A program made the position numbers and the translations under genes. A stretch of 55,235 nucleotides of DNA, filler included, from Platydemus manokwari (lineage: Eukaryota): the NCBI GenBank assembly GCA_037951405.1. It is 4 parts of 4 records of this genome, joined end to end, with 100 filler letters (N's around TTAATTAATTAA, not from the genome) between each part and the next. Parts side by side here need not be neighbours in the genome. Positions count along the whole stretch, not along the records: positions 12,665 to 28,693 come from JBBMOY011221431.1; positions 28,794 to 44,469 come from JBBMOY011256985.1; 2 more parts are not named here. One strand, 5' to 3'. Positions 26,688 to 37,200 of the stretch are shown in pieces. Numbering within the stretch: position 1 is the first letter of the stretch; each line of letters starts with the position of its first letter. Below the pieces are notes generated by a model. The model saw only the letters and a program-made list of their open reading frames with translations, ran no database searches and had not been told where the DNA came from.

Positions 26688-27466
26688 ATTGTATTTTCAA
26701 AGAAATCACTGTAATATCGGATAATAAAAAATAGTCCACATTATTAATAATAAATAACAAGTAATATAAACTAAGAGTTTCTTAATGACTAATGACTAAG
26801 TTAAATGATATAGTAATAACAAATCAAATATTAGTACTGTATTTGATAAGTTTATTTTGCATAAATAATTAAGTGCAAAATTCACAATAGCGTTATAACA
26901 AGTAAGAAATGAATAGTTCTAATGAAGGGAATAGTTATAATATAATAGAGTAGACCTATTGTATAGCATTTAGTACAGTGCGTCAAGACATTGCGTATGC
27001 TATGGAAAAGTTCTAGTAAAGCCAGCATTTTGACAGGATTAAGCCTTTGCTAACATTTATTGTTTGACAGTAACTTCATTTGGAGTTAACTTTTATTAAT
27101 TCTATAATAAGAATTCTAAAATTATGTTTTGTTGGGTATTTTTGATAAGAATATGTTATCAGGTTTTATTTTGACATTTCGTAAGGCAGTAAAAATAGTA
27201 TAAAATAACGGCTACAATAAAAACTTTGTATTTTTGGAAGCGCAATAATGCTTGAAAAATACAAAAGAAAATTTTTCGTTATTATATTTATTTGTTTTTA
27301 TTACAAGTTGTTATCTCAAATCGAGATTATTTATTAATAAAAACACGAATGAATTAATTAAAATAATAAACAATTTAGAATTTTGATATATTGGATTTAG
27401 AATTTCTTGTTCGTCGTTCATGCTGTACTCTATTACTTTTTGTTCAGAAGTCAGGCTCATAAAAAT

Positions 27467-27698
27467 TGTTGGATTTTAATCAACAATTAGACCTGAAAAC
27501 TATATAATCTAAATATTACAATAGTAATCACAACAACTATGGGTAAACCTCTTCACAAATCACAATTATTAATCACACAAGACGAGATCGACACCCAAAA
27601 GTCAAAAACAGAATAGAAAGTAATCAAAAAGGCTGATTGCTGAAAATCACACAAAGATAAGATTAATATGCAAGTTACCAACCAAAAAGACTGGACAT
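27467..27698. mobile_element. Truncated LTR, family A
   Basis: Begins TGTTGG and is colinear with the first ~240 bp of the other copies (AAAGTCAAAAACAGAATAGAAAGTAATCAAAA, ACCAAAAAGACTG). Confidence 0.7.
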
Positions 27699-28693
27699 TG
27701 TTGTCAAAAAGGCTCTTTAATAATATTCCTACAAACATTGTCACGTTATTACATAATATAATCGTACATAATATAAACAAATCGTTCTGGAATATTCTAT
27801 TAATTTTTATTTTTTGATTTAAGCATATCATTAATGATTTTCTTTTAGAATATTTATAAGTATATTTATTTAGAATTTTTTAATTATTTTTTAAAAGTTT
27901 ATTTTTTTACATATACGGCAAGAAGAAGGTTTAAGCACTTTTATTTGTATTTAACAACACATCACAAGTTTTTTACAATTTTATTGGGATGCTTTGGTAG
28001 ATACAATCTACGAAATGAGCTCAAGTTTTCATTTAATTAGGTCACTTCAAACCAGTTTCAACGGTAAAAATCCTATTCAAAAGAAGACTAAACAAAGTAA
28101 CGTGGTTCAATTATTTAGATGACATCTGAGAGGTTGTGTGAGGGAAGCATAATGCAACTTTAAGAGAAATAAAGAATGTCCATTCAAAATAATAGTGTAT
28201 GCGATATTTATTAAGGTTAATTTCAGTTAATTTAAACGTTTTTGTATTTTTGCTATTAAACTCCGTCAAAACTTTCACAATAACAATTCAATAATAAACG
28301 CAGTACAAAATCAAAATGCATTTTATCCAAAATGTTGTACTGCATTTATTGATTTATTATGTTTTTCTAAGAAGTTATTATGTACTACGTTATGTGAAAA
28401 TTATTTATGTTTTCAAATAATCGTATGAAAAGTTATTTATTTCAATTAAATCTAGCAGGTGATAATTTGTTAATGGTGCTCTTCATCATCAATTATGTTC
28501 TCAGTGCCGATAAATTAAGCAATTATCTTTGATCAATATTTATAATTAAATAGAAACCTGTTTGATAAAAAATAAGGTGTCAACAATATTTCTCTGACAT
28601 AGGCGCTTAGTAATAGCAACAACAGATATGCATATCATAACGGATGATGTAATCAATAGATTTCACATATAATGATAATGACAACGGTAATAA

Positions 28694-28793
28694 NNNNNNN
28701 NNNNNNNNNNNNNNNNNNNNNNNNNNNNNNNNNNNNNTTAATTAATTAANNNNNNNNNNNNNNNNNNNNNNNNNNNNNNNNNNNNNNNNNNNN
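28694..28793. other. Assembly spacer
   Basis: N44-TTAATTAATTAA-N44. Confidence 0.97.
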
Positions 28794-28835
28794 TTATGTT
28801 TAAATGATTTGGTAAAACAAAAACTTTAAACAACT

Positions 28836-28867
28836 AAAAAACATGAATAACTTTTGACTCAGCCTAA
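28836..28867 (-). mobile_element. Mariner-type TIR (element end next to gap)
   Basis: Reverse complement reads TA|TTAGGCTGAGTCAAAAGTTATTCATGTTTT, with a TA target and resemblance to the Hsmar1-type TIR TTAGGTTGGTGCAAAAGTAATTGCGGTTTT. A near-identical TIR is at 44396. Confidence 0.75.
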
Positions 28868-29239
28868 TAAATGACAGAAATAAAATTAAAATTCGATAGA
28901 TGAATGAGAAAATGGTTTACGATAAACTGCAAATCAAGATTAGAATATGATGGGAGATAAGTTATTCATAAAGATTGAGATCGCCGATGATATAGCGAAA
29001 TACTAAATAAAAGAATAATGAGATTAACTGTACCAGCGCAACGCTAGAGGATTTTTATTGCAAGAATTATTGCAATGGTCTACATTGGATAGACTGTAAA
29101 GTGATCTTGTGTCGCAACGAAACAAAGCTGCTAAATCGACATGTCCAAATATGTTCGCATCGAAGCGAAATTGAAGCGATATTGCAGAGATCCAAAATAT
29201 GGTAAACCATGCTTGTGCAATTTCTGAAGTGCAAATCAA

Positions 29240-29480
29240 TCATCGGTAATGAGTTTAGAGATGAAAGAATAATCGAACCATCTACAAGTTTGTTCCGTCC
29301 GATGTTTGTAGCTTTACCTAATTAAGTGATTTATTAGAAGTATTGGAGACAAAATGTTCACAAACTTTAAATATTTTCAAAGTGCTTATTTTTTAGGCAT
29401 GTACATTGAATACAAATGCCTAGTTAGTAATTTTTGATAAGCAGACCTTGCAATGTGGAATGAACCCAAGATATTTATTG
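29240..29480 (+). mobile_element. Highly degenerate Gypsy-type RT fragment
   Basis: Translates RDERIIEPSTSLFRPMFV, resembling GIIEPSxSPWxSP, with weak traces of later RT motifs. Confidence 0.35.
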
Positions 29481-30546
29481 TATTTCTTTTTAAAATTAAT
29501 CGCGCAAAGAATTTTTTTATTGAACGAAACCTGATGATAAATACACTCACACGTAAGATTTAATTAATTTTGAGCAGTCAATCTCGATTTCGATGTTATT
29601 AGTTGTTATATATTTTGTGACATCGGTTGTCATAAATAAATCTTGACATGCAAACAATTGTATTGCTTATTTACAGATGTCACATTAAATAGATCGAACA
29701 ACTTCATATAATAACAGCATTTTTTATTAAAAACTGCAACAATTTTGTAAAACTACAAATTACTCAACGTTTTAAGCAAAAATTCTTAGTACAAATTCTC
29801 AAAAGAAATTATCAATGATGCCTCGCTGAAGTTGAACATTAACAAAATATTAATGTTTGCTCCATTATTTAGTTCAACTGCTTATAAACCCACTTATAAC
29901 ATAAACCAACGTCATTACACAAATTCAAAGCTAATTGACAAATGCTTCAAATTAAATAGAATTATAAAATAATTGCTCCAAAATTATGATTGATTTTCGC
30001 TGATATTTGCACGTCAAGTTTGTTGAAGAAATTTATTAAACAATTTTAATTGGTAAATTAAACAGTTTTGATGAAAAATATTCTGATTATTTACAAGAAT
30101 TATTATAACACAAGAATATCTTAGCTCCATTTACAAGAAATACGTATTTAGATTTCCAAGGTCGAATTTTGTTATAAGTATTTAGCATAAATAAACAATA
30201 GGATTATAAATATAATTTTTATTGATAGTTTAAATTTAAATGAATATTCATTATAATACTCACTATATTATTCACTATAAATTATAAATTATGGAATTTA
30301 ATTAATAATTACTTTAATACGTTCAATTAAAGGTTGTACTGTAAATGAACTTTATAAGTATAATCCAGATTCTCATAGACCTACTAAATATATGAAATAA
30401 AATGATTGAGCTTAACATATTGACAATTTGCTTAATATAAGTACTGAACAGGCTTTGGCATACATTCTTGTTGTTGATTGACTAAAGAATACAAGCATAT
30501 ATATGAATCTAAAAATGATAAATTGTATTTCTAAATTTGTATAGCA

Positions 30547-32034
30547 ATGAAATTCAACTTACAAAGAAAAGATGTATTTATTTTTGTCCTATTAGCTCTA
30601 GCGAAATTTTCAATAGGAATTATGTGCAATTTAGTTATTCCTATTTTCCCAACATTGATTGCTACTAATTTTAATGAAAAGAACTTATCAATATCAGATT
30701 TCAATAATTCCGATTTACGAAATTCAAGTTTCAACTATCAGAAACTGTCGATTTTATTTGCCACATCAGCAATAGTCACAATTGTAGTTGGACCACTGAT
30801 TGGGTATATTTGTGGAATAGTGGGATCGCTAAACTTATTGCTGTTTGGAATTAATTTGGAAACAATAACAATATTATTTTACGGACTTAGTAATCAATAC
30901 TATCTCATGATTTTAGGTCGAATTGTCGAAGCTATTACAAGCAGTTCAATTCACATATCCGTGATAACTTTTATGACTTACCAGTATACTGATCATAAAA
31001 TCAGAGGATTTATAACTGGTCTAACTGAGGTTGGTCTATGCATAGGTGGATCGATAGGCCCTGTTTATGCAGGATATGTGTTTCAATATCATGGTAGAAT
31101 TGTAGTATTTCTATCATTCATATCATTGATTATTTTACAAATTATTCTCTTAATTTCTTTAATGTTATATCTTAGATCCAACAAAAGACGAGAATCATTC
31201 AAAAAAAATTCTAAAAAGATGAAAAAATTAAAATCAAATGACAATCGATTAGAAGTATCTTCAGAAAAAATTGGAGAGAAAGATGATGTAAATAGTATTG
31301 GAATGACTGATGAAGTTGTGAAGACTAATATAGGAGAAGAATCGAATATAAGCAAATCTCTCCTTAATAAAGATAATACTGAGAAAATTGATAAACAAGT
31401 AGATACCCTAATAGTGAAGACCAAGCGCAATATACTCTTAGAATTTTTAATCGATCCTTATTTCATACTTACCATTATTTCTTTTCCAGTAATGCTTTTA
31501 AGCCTAATCATGTATTTATCTACCTTACCTCGATACATGAAAGAAAAATTCAATGCTACTGAATCTCAACAAGGACTAATATGGACTCTAAATATGATTG
31601 GATATATTGTAGGATTTTTCTTGGGGAATTTTCTTAACATGAAATTTTCAAATTGGCGTCATGTCATTTTGATGATCCAAATGTATATAGCTGCAGTTGG
31701 ATCTATTTGTGTTGCTCTGATGCCAAATTGGTGGTCGATTTCTTTCCCATTATGTCTAATTGTCACTCAACAATTCATGTTTTCAATTATTTGGATTCCA
31801 GTTTTGTCAACGATTGTTGAGAAAAGACACAACTCGGAATTTGGTATCATGTCGGGAATAACAATGGCTGTGATAGGTATTATTGCTACTTTAGGATCAT
31901 ATTTAGGACCTATTTTATACGGAAAGATCGGGTTCTTTTATTTGAATCTGATTATCTTGATTATGGAACTTGTATATGGACCTCTGTTGTTGTTTGATAA
32001 GCAATTTGTGATAACAAATAAAAATTCAGGTTAA
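30547..32034 (+). CDS. Intronless MFS transporter, divergent SLC18A (VMAT/VAChT)-like, 495 aa
   Basis: About 12 TM segments with a hydrophilic central loop. SLC18-like landmarks: VIPIFP (VVPIIP), LFATSA..GPLIG (LFASKA..NP..G), LIDPYF (L.DPYI), LPRYM (LPIWM), IVEKRHNSEFG (LVDxRHVSVYG) and LGP. Confidence 0.85.
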   Translation: MKFNLQRKDVFIFVLLALAKFSIGIMCNLVIPIFPTLIATNFNEKNLSISDFNNSDLRNSSFNYQKLSILFATSAIVTIVVGPLIGYICGIVGSLNLLLFGINLETITILFYGLSNQYYLMILGRIVEAITSSSIHISVITFMTYQYTDHKIRGFITGLTEVGLCIGGSIGPVYAGYVFQYHGRIVVFLSFISLIILQIILLISLMLYLRSNKRRESFKKNSKKMKKLKSNDNRLEVSSEKIGEKDDVNSIGMTDEVVKTNIGEESNISKSLLNKDNTEKIDKQVDTLIVKTKRNILLEFLIDPYFILTIISFPVMLLSLIMYLSTLPRYMKEKFNATESQQGLIWTLNMIGYIVGFFLGNFLNMKFSNWRHVILMIQMYIAAVGSICVALMPNWWSISFPLCLIVTQQFMFSIIWIPVLSTIVEKRHNSEFGIMSGITMAVIGIIATLGSYLGPILYGKIGFFYLNLIILIMELVYGPLLLFDKQFVITNKNSG

Positions 32035-34225
32035 AAGTTAATATATTTTCGTCACTGAAAGATACACTGCATTTAAATATCATATAATTTGCATTTTTTC
32101 CCGTGTTTTATTTATTACTTAAATAGGTACAATGATCAATTGGAAACCAACAATGATTTGAAAATTGAAAATAAGAATAAGAAAATGCACATAACTCTTA
32201 ACTTGTTACCTCAAATGATAGGGTAAAAATAAAGAGCTCTTATAATATATCAAGTATTTGAAAGAACGAATTAATTTGTTAGTTCAAATGATCTAGTGAA
32301 ATACAAACAATAATTTTATTTGTAGCATTTAAAATGATTAATTAGATAAATATTATTGATTTTATTCTAAAATATATTAAAAGTATTGGCGTTATTAATT
32401 TTCAAAATTCCAATAAATATGTTGATTAAATTTTACAGATTATTAAAATGAAAATATTGTTGAGTGTCAAACAAAACTAATTCAAGATACTTATGAAAGA
32501 GATACTTCAAAAAGTTTGATATACACGGACTCGATGAGTGCACGTGCCAATAACCAATCAGATGCGTCCAAGATACCATTTCATTAATATAATTTTATTA
32601 TCATCGACGCACATCACCAAAAGGCAATAAACACTAAGATGAGCCATTGGTGAACAGACAATGTAGATCTGTAAAAGGAATCAAATTTGGGAACAAATTA
32701 CCAGTCTTTCTTGATCGGTAACCATTATATAACTTACTATTTTGCTATGTCATTCTAATGACCAACCTTTAATAGTTCTTGTTTCTATTTTAATTCTATC
32801 TTTCGGCATCATCTTGAATGCACTTACAATGCAATTATTGATAAATTGATTTTTAAATGTGACTTTGTGATTATAATTACATTTTTGACTATTCGGCGTT
32901 AGTATATATCAAACAACATTTTTATAAGAATAATTTTTTACACAAGTAATTGTAGGATAAATGAAAATCAAATTAATCTAATGATTAATTTCAGAATAAG
33001 ATCTTTCATTAAAGAACGCACGAAACATGGAATATTGATGATCACAACTAAAATTTTAAAATTTCGTCTGTTACCTTTTAAAATTCAGAAATCTTATTAA
33101 TGTCCCGTAAAATGTTATTGTTGAATACAAGGTTTTTCTAAAATAAGATAAAATCAAAAAATATTTGTGAATATTGAAGTTCTAATTTGATAAAATCGTA
33201 TTATACGGTTTCATGATGTTGCTAAAGGCCCACTTCTACTTTTGATTAGGTTTTACCAGCAAAATCATCAACTTTTATACTGGCCTTCGATCTCTATGGA
33301 ATGATAGATTTCCATATGAGTTTGGAAACACTTCTTCATGAACATTATATCGAATAAATGTTCTACGACAATGCTATTGGGTAGTATATAATTGTATATT
33401 CACTTGACGTTATTATTCAGTACATACGTTATCTTACTGGCAAACGATCGATAAAGGTATAAAGAACTAAAAAAGATCAATATCTAAGTAGTAATAAAAT
33501 TTTCTTTATCCAGTTTATGGTAGTGTTAACTGCTGTATAACTTTGATAACCTTATCGAAAATGAAATAGAAGTGCTGAAATATTGAAAATTAAGTGAATT
33601 CAATCCGAGATATTGATGTGTTTAAGTAATAAAGGCGATCAACTAGTTTTATTTGGCTAAAAATATTCCACTGGCACCGGAATCCTTTATATGATGCAAG
33701 CATTGTTGACAACAAAATCTTCAGACTTCATTCCTTCATTACCGGTTTCCAAAATTAAGGACATAATTCCTGCCATAAACAAAATTATATTTCGTCAATA
33801 AAATCGAAATATTTTATTTATTTTAGTCAAAAATGTTTTTATCAATCACATCGCAGTAGATATACAACCAGTAAATTTGTTACAAAGATGATAATTATGG
33901 TCCTATTATTTGTTACTGTGCTCTTCTAATTTCAAATTGCCAAAGAATATATCGATCAATATATCCATCAAATATCAATATATAATAATATGGCAAATTA
34001 AAATAACAATACTTAGAATTTGGAAAGAATTATCCAATAGAATTTGTTCTAACTATAAAACCATAGTAAAAGATTTTAAAACTGGACTCCAAACCGTAAT
34101 ATGCTGGTATTTATTCTTTTTATCTTTGTTTCAATGAGATAAATCTGAGATTTGTTTAAATATTCAAGAAAAGGATACTGATTTTTAAAGCAACAAATTA
34201 TAATGGAAACAACCAACGTTTGTAC

Positions 34226-37200
34226 TGGCAACCATGCCGAAATAAATGCTCTTACGAGAGCCAAACGAGAAGAGAGGTAGAAAAAAATTTGCGAATCTGT
34301 TCCAGAAAACTCAGGAGTTATTGATTAGGGAGCTGTCGTTCTTCGATGCATCAATATAATAAGATCCTGATAAATGGTTCCAGATAATCAAAGATTTCGC
34401 AACATTTAATCAAAAGGAACTATCATTTGCAATTAACATGCTGTTGAGAGATCACGTCTAAGAACGTGGCAAGAAATCAGCAGTTTCAAAGAAGCTCTTT
34501 CAAATGAATATATCTTGAAAAGTGGTTTTTTGAAACTTTCTCACATGCCAAAACAATGTAAGACAAGGTTCAGGATTTCGCAGCTATGCAACAAAGACCA
34601 CATGAAAAATACCGCAGTTTCGAACTTCTGGTAAAGAAGCTGGTTTCGAAGGTGTTTGACAATGAAGACGCTCTTGAAGAAATTCAAGACTATTTATTTT
34701 GTCTAAATAGCAAAGAGTTGAAAATCTTTTACTCTCAACCCTACAATGTCAGACGATAGAAGAAGAGACCTGTCTGTCAATTCGGAAAAGTTTACTCCGA
34801 TGAAGCCCATAAACGGTACCAAAAACATATGCCCAGTCGGTATTTCAAAGTGACCCACGAAAGACTTTTCAGAAGAAGAATTCTTTCAAGAAGCCAGATC
34901 CAATTTTCAATAAAGAGATTTTAGTGTAAAGAAAAATCATCGGACACCAATTAATCGCATTGAATTTCCAAAAAATGCGAGACCAACAAGATCAATGAAA
35001 GCTATTGCCTCTAAATTTTATAACGATTGTAGAGGAAAACCCACACCACATGATGATGTTTGAAATCCAGGAGCTTGTTTTGTTGTGCTGAGCTTGGACA
35101 CAGGAAGTTTGAATATCCACTGCGGAATAAAAGTTTAATATACGGGAAAGAAAGTCAACCGTTCAGAGAATGTCATTTAGCCAGAAAGCCTAGTTATAAT
35201 ATTTCGAAGAAAATTTAATGCCTCCATGACGAAGAAGGTGAAACCAAAAGTCAAAGTAACAAAACTGGAATCAACTTCTTGTGGCAATCTCGTCAGTGAG
35301 GTTGAGTCAATAGACAATAAATCAGTTAGAGAGAATAGAAGTAAAGATGAAAGACGGCAAGAGAAGAAGGAATCATTCACAGATGTTTCAGAAAGCAGAT
35401 GGTAGACACTGGAGTGAAATTGAGTGCAACAGTACATATATTGAAGTGTAATGGAATTCTAGCGAATCGATGACAGTAATGAATGAGGGCAACTGGAGGC
35501 GAATGGGAGAGCCGCAGATTAAAACTTCTGATGTTCGATTGGCTGGCGTATTCTCCAATAGACACAAATCGCGTCTAGGGAAAATAAGGATCTCAATAGT
35601 TTGGAACAACAAAATTCTAGTAAAGGAGATCATTAAAGTAAAAGAAATTTCACCAGGATTTATTGAAGGCGTTGATATTATAAAGACTTGTAAAATATTT
35701 CTTGCAGTGATAGAATCAATTGATGCCAAAGACGTAGGAAAGAAATACATCGATCAAGACAGAATTGAAATGGCACTGAAGAGTATTGCTAATAAGAATG
35801 ATATTTCATTAAAAGGTGTATAAAAGAAAATGACTCAATTTTTATGGCTTCTCGGTTCGATTTAGAACTAACTGATTTGTCAAGCACGAGATCCGAACAA
35901 AAAGCAGTCTATAGATTTAGAAACAAAAATTCAAGAATTGATAGAAAATCTTCTAGAGAGTAGTCTAATAAATTATTTTTTACTGTGCATTAACAAGTTC
36001 TTCGCGAGGCGGTGGGAAGATCCCTCAACTCGACTTTATATTTGTAAGTTGAAATTGTAGATCTATGCCTTTTCACGGTCTCGGCATATTGGAGATTCAT
36101 TGTTTTTCACGAGAGCTAAATTCATTGTTCGTCCCATTGAACATTTTCTTGATTTTAAATTTTTATTTTACTGCACTTCAAAGATTGAGATTGGGCAGGT
36201 ATTGTCATAGTGAATGGTGTTTCATCGTCAATGATATTGCTGTACAGGTTGAGGGTTCGAATGTCATCAGATTCACATTGTATGTGGTCAGGTAGTGAGT
36301 TTGATGTGTATTGGAAGAGTCATCGTCAATATGAGAGTCGTCCAAGTGTCTGTCGGTATTGTTTTTGTGTTCGAGTTGGAAAGACGAGTCACAGATCCAG
36401 TGAATATTTGGGGTATGAGTGAATTGTCCATGAGATCCATTTTCATCGGGCATATGGCGTTTGAATTAAATACAATGAAAAATATGCCAAATTTCTAGTT
36501 AGAGAAAGGGCTTAATATTAAAAAATGTGAGATTGTTTAATTAAAAAATTGTTTAGAAAGAAATTTAATTTAAAAATTTTAAAACATAAACAAGGTTAAA
36601 AAAAAATTCATAAAAAAGGTGAAGAAATAATTTGTGAGTGAGAGCGTGAGTTAAGTGACCGTGAAAGTGTAAATTAGAATGAAGTAGAGTTAGATGTTTA
36701 ATTTAATTTTAAACTTTTGGCAGAGATTTTATGTAGATATTCTGAAAAAAATAAAAGAAGGAAGAAAATGTAAATTTATTTTAAAATTAATTTAAAACAA
36801 TAATTAATGTTATGATAAAGACTGATGTTAGATGTTAAGATTATTAAGAATGAAATATTAAATTTTGGTAACGATGATAGTTAATTATATTGAACTTAAA
36901 GTTTTGGTGGTTTAGTGGGATATTTAATTATAGTTTAGTAATTAATTAGATGAAGATTTATAGTTTAGTTGACAATGGTTAATTAAATATGTGTATGAGG
37001 TGATAATGAGTTATGATAGTTTAGAAAGGTGGTGAGTTTTGATGGAATGATAAGGGTGATTTATGTGATTAAGGATTTGGGCCTATTGTGTTAGAAGGCG
37101 TGTTAATTTAGGTCTTTTGTGTGCAGTAGGCGTCTGTTAAAAGTACTGTAACTATAATTGAAGACAGGAAGTTTATCTATTTAATGATTGATTTTAGTAT

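Noticed and set aside
30547-32034. Intronless SLC18 gene as VAChT nested in a ChAT cholinergic locus
   Set aside because: No choline acetyltransferase exons were recognised nearby and the VAChT-critical acidic residues are missing.
36255-36285. CTGATGA...GAA on the minus strand as a hammerhead ribozyme core
   Set aside because: No stem II or flanking helices can be formed, and it lies within coding-like sequence.
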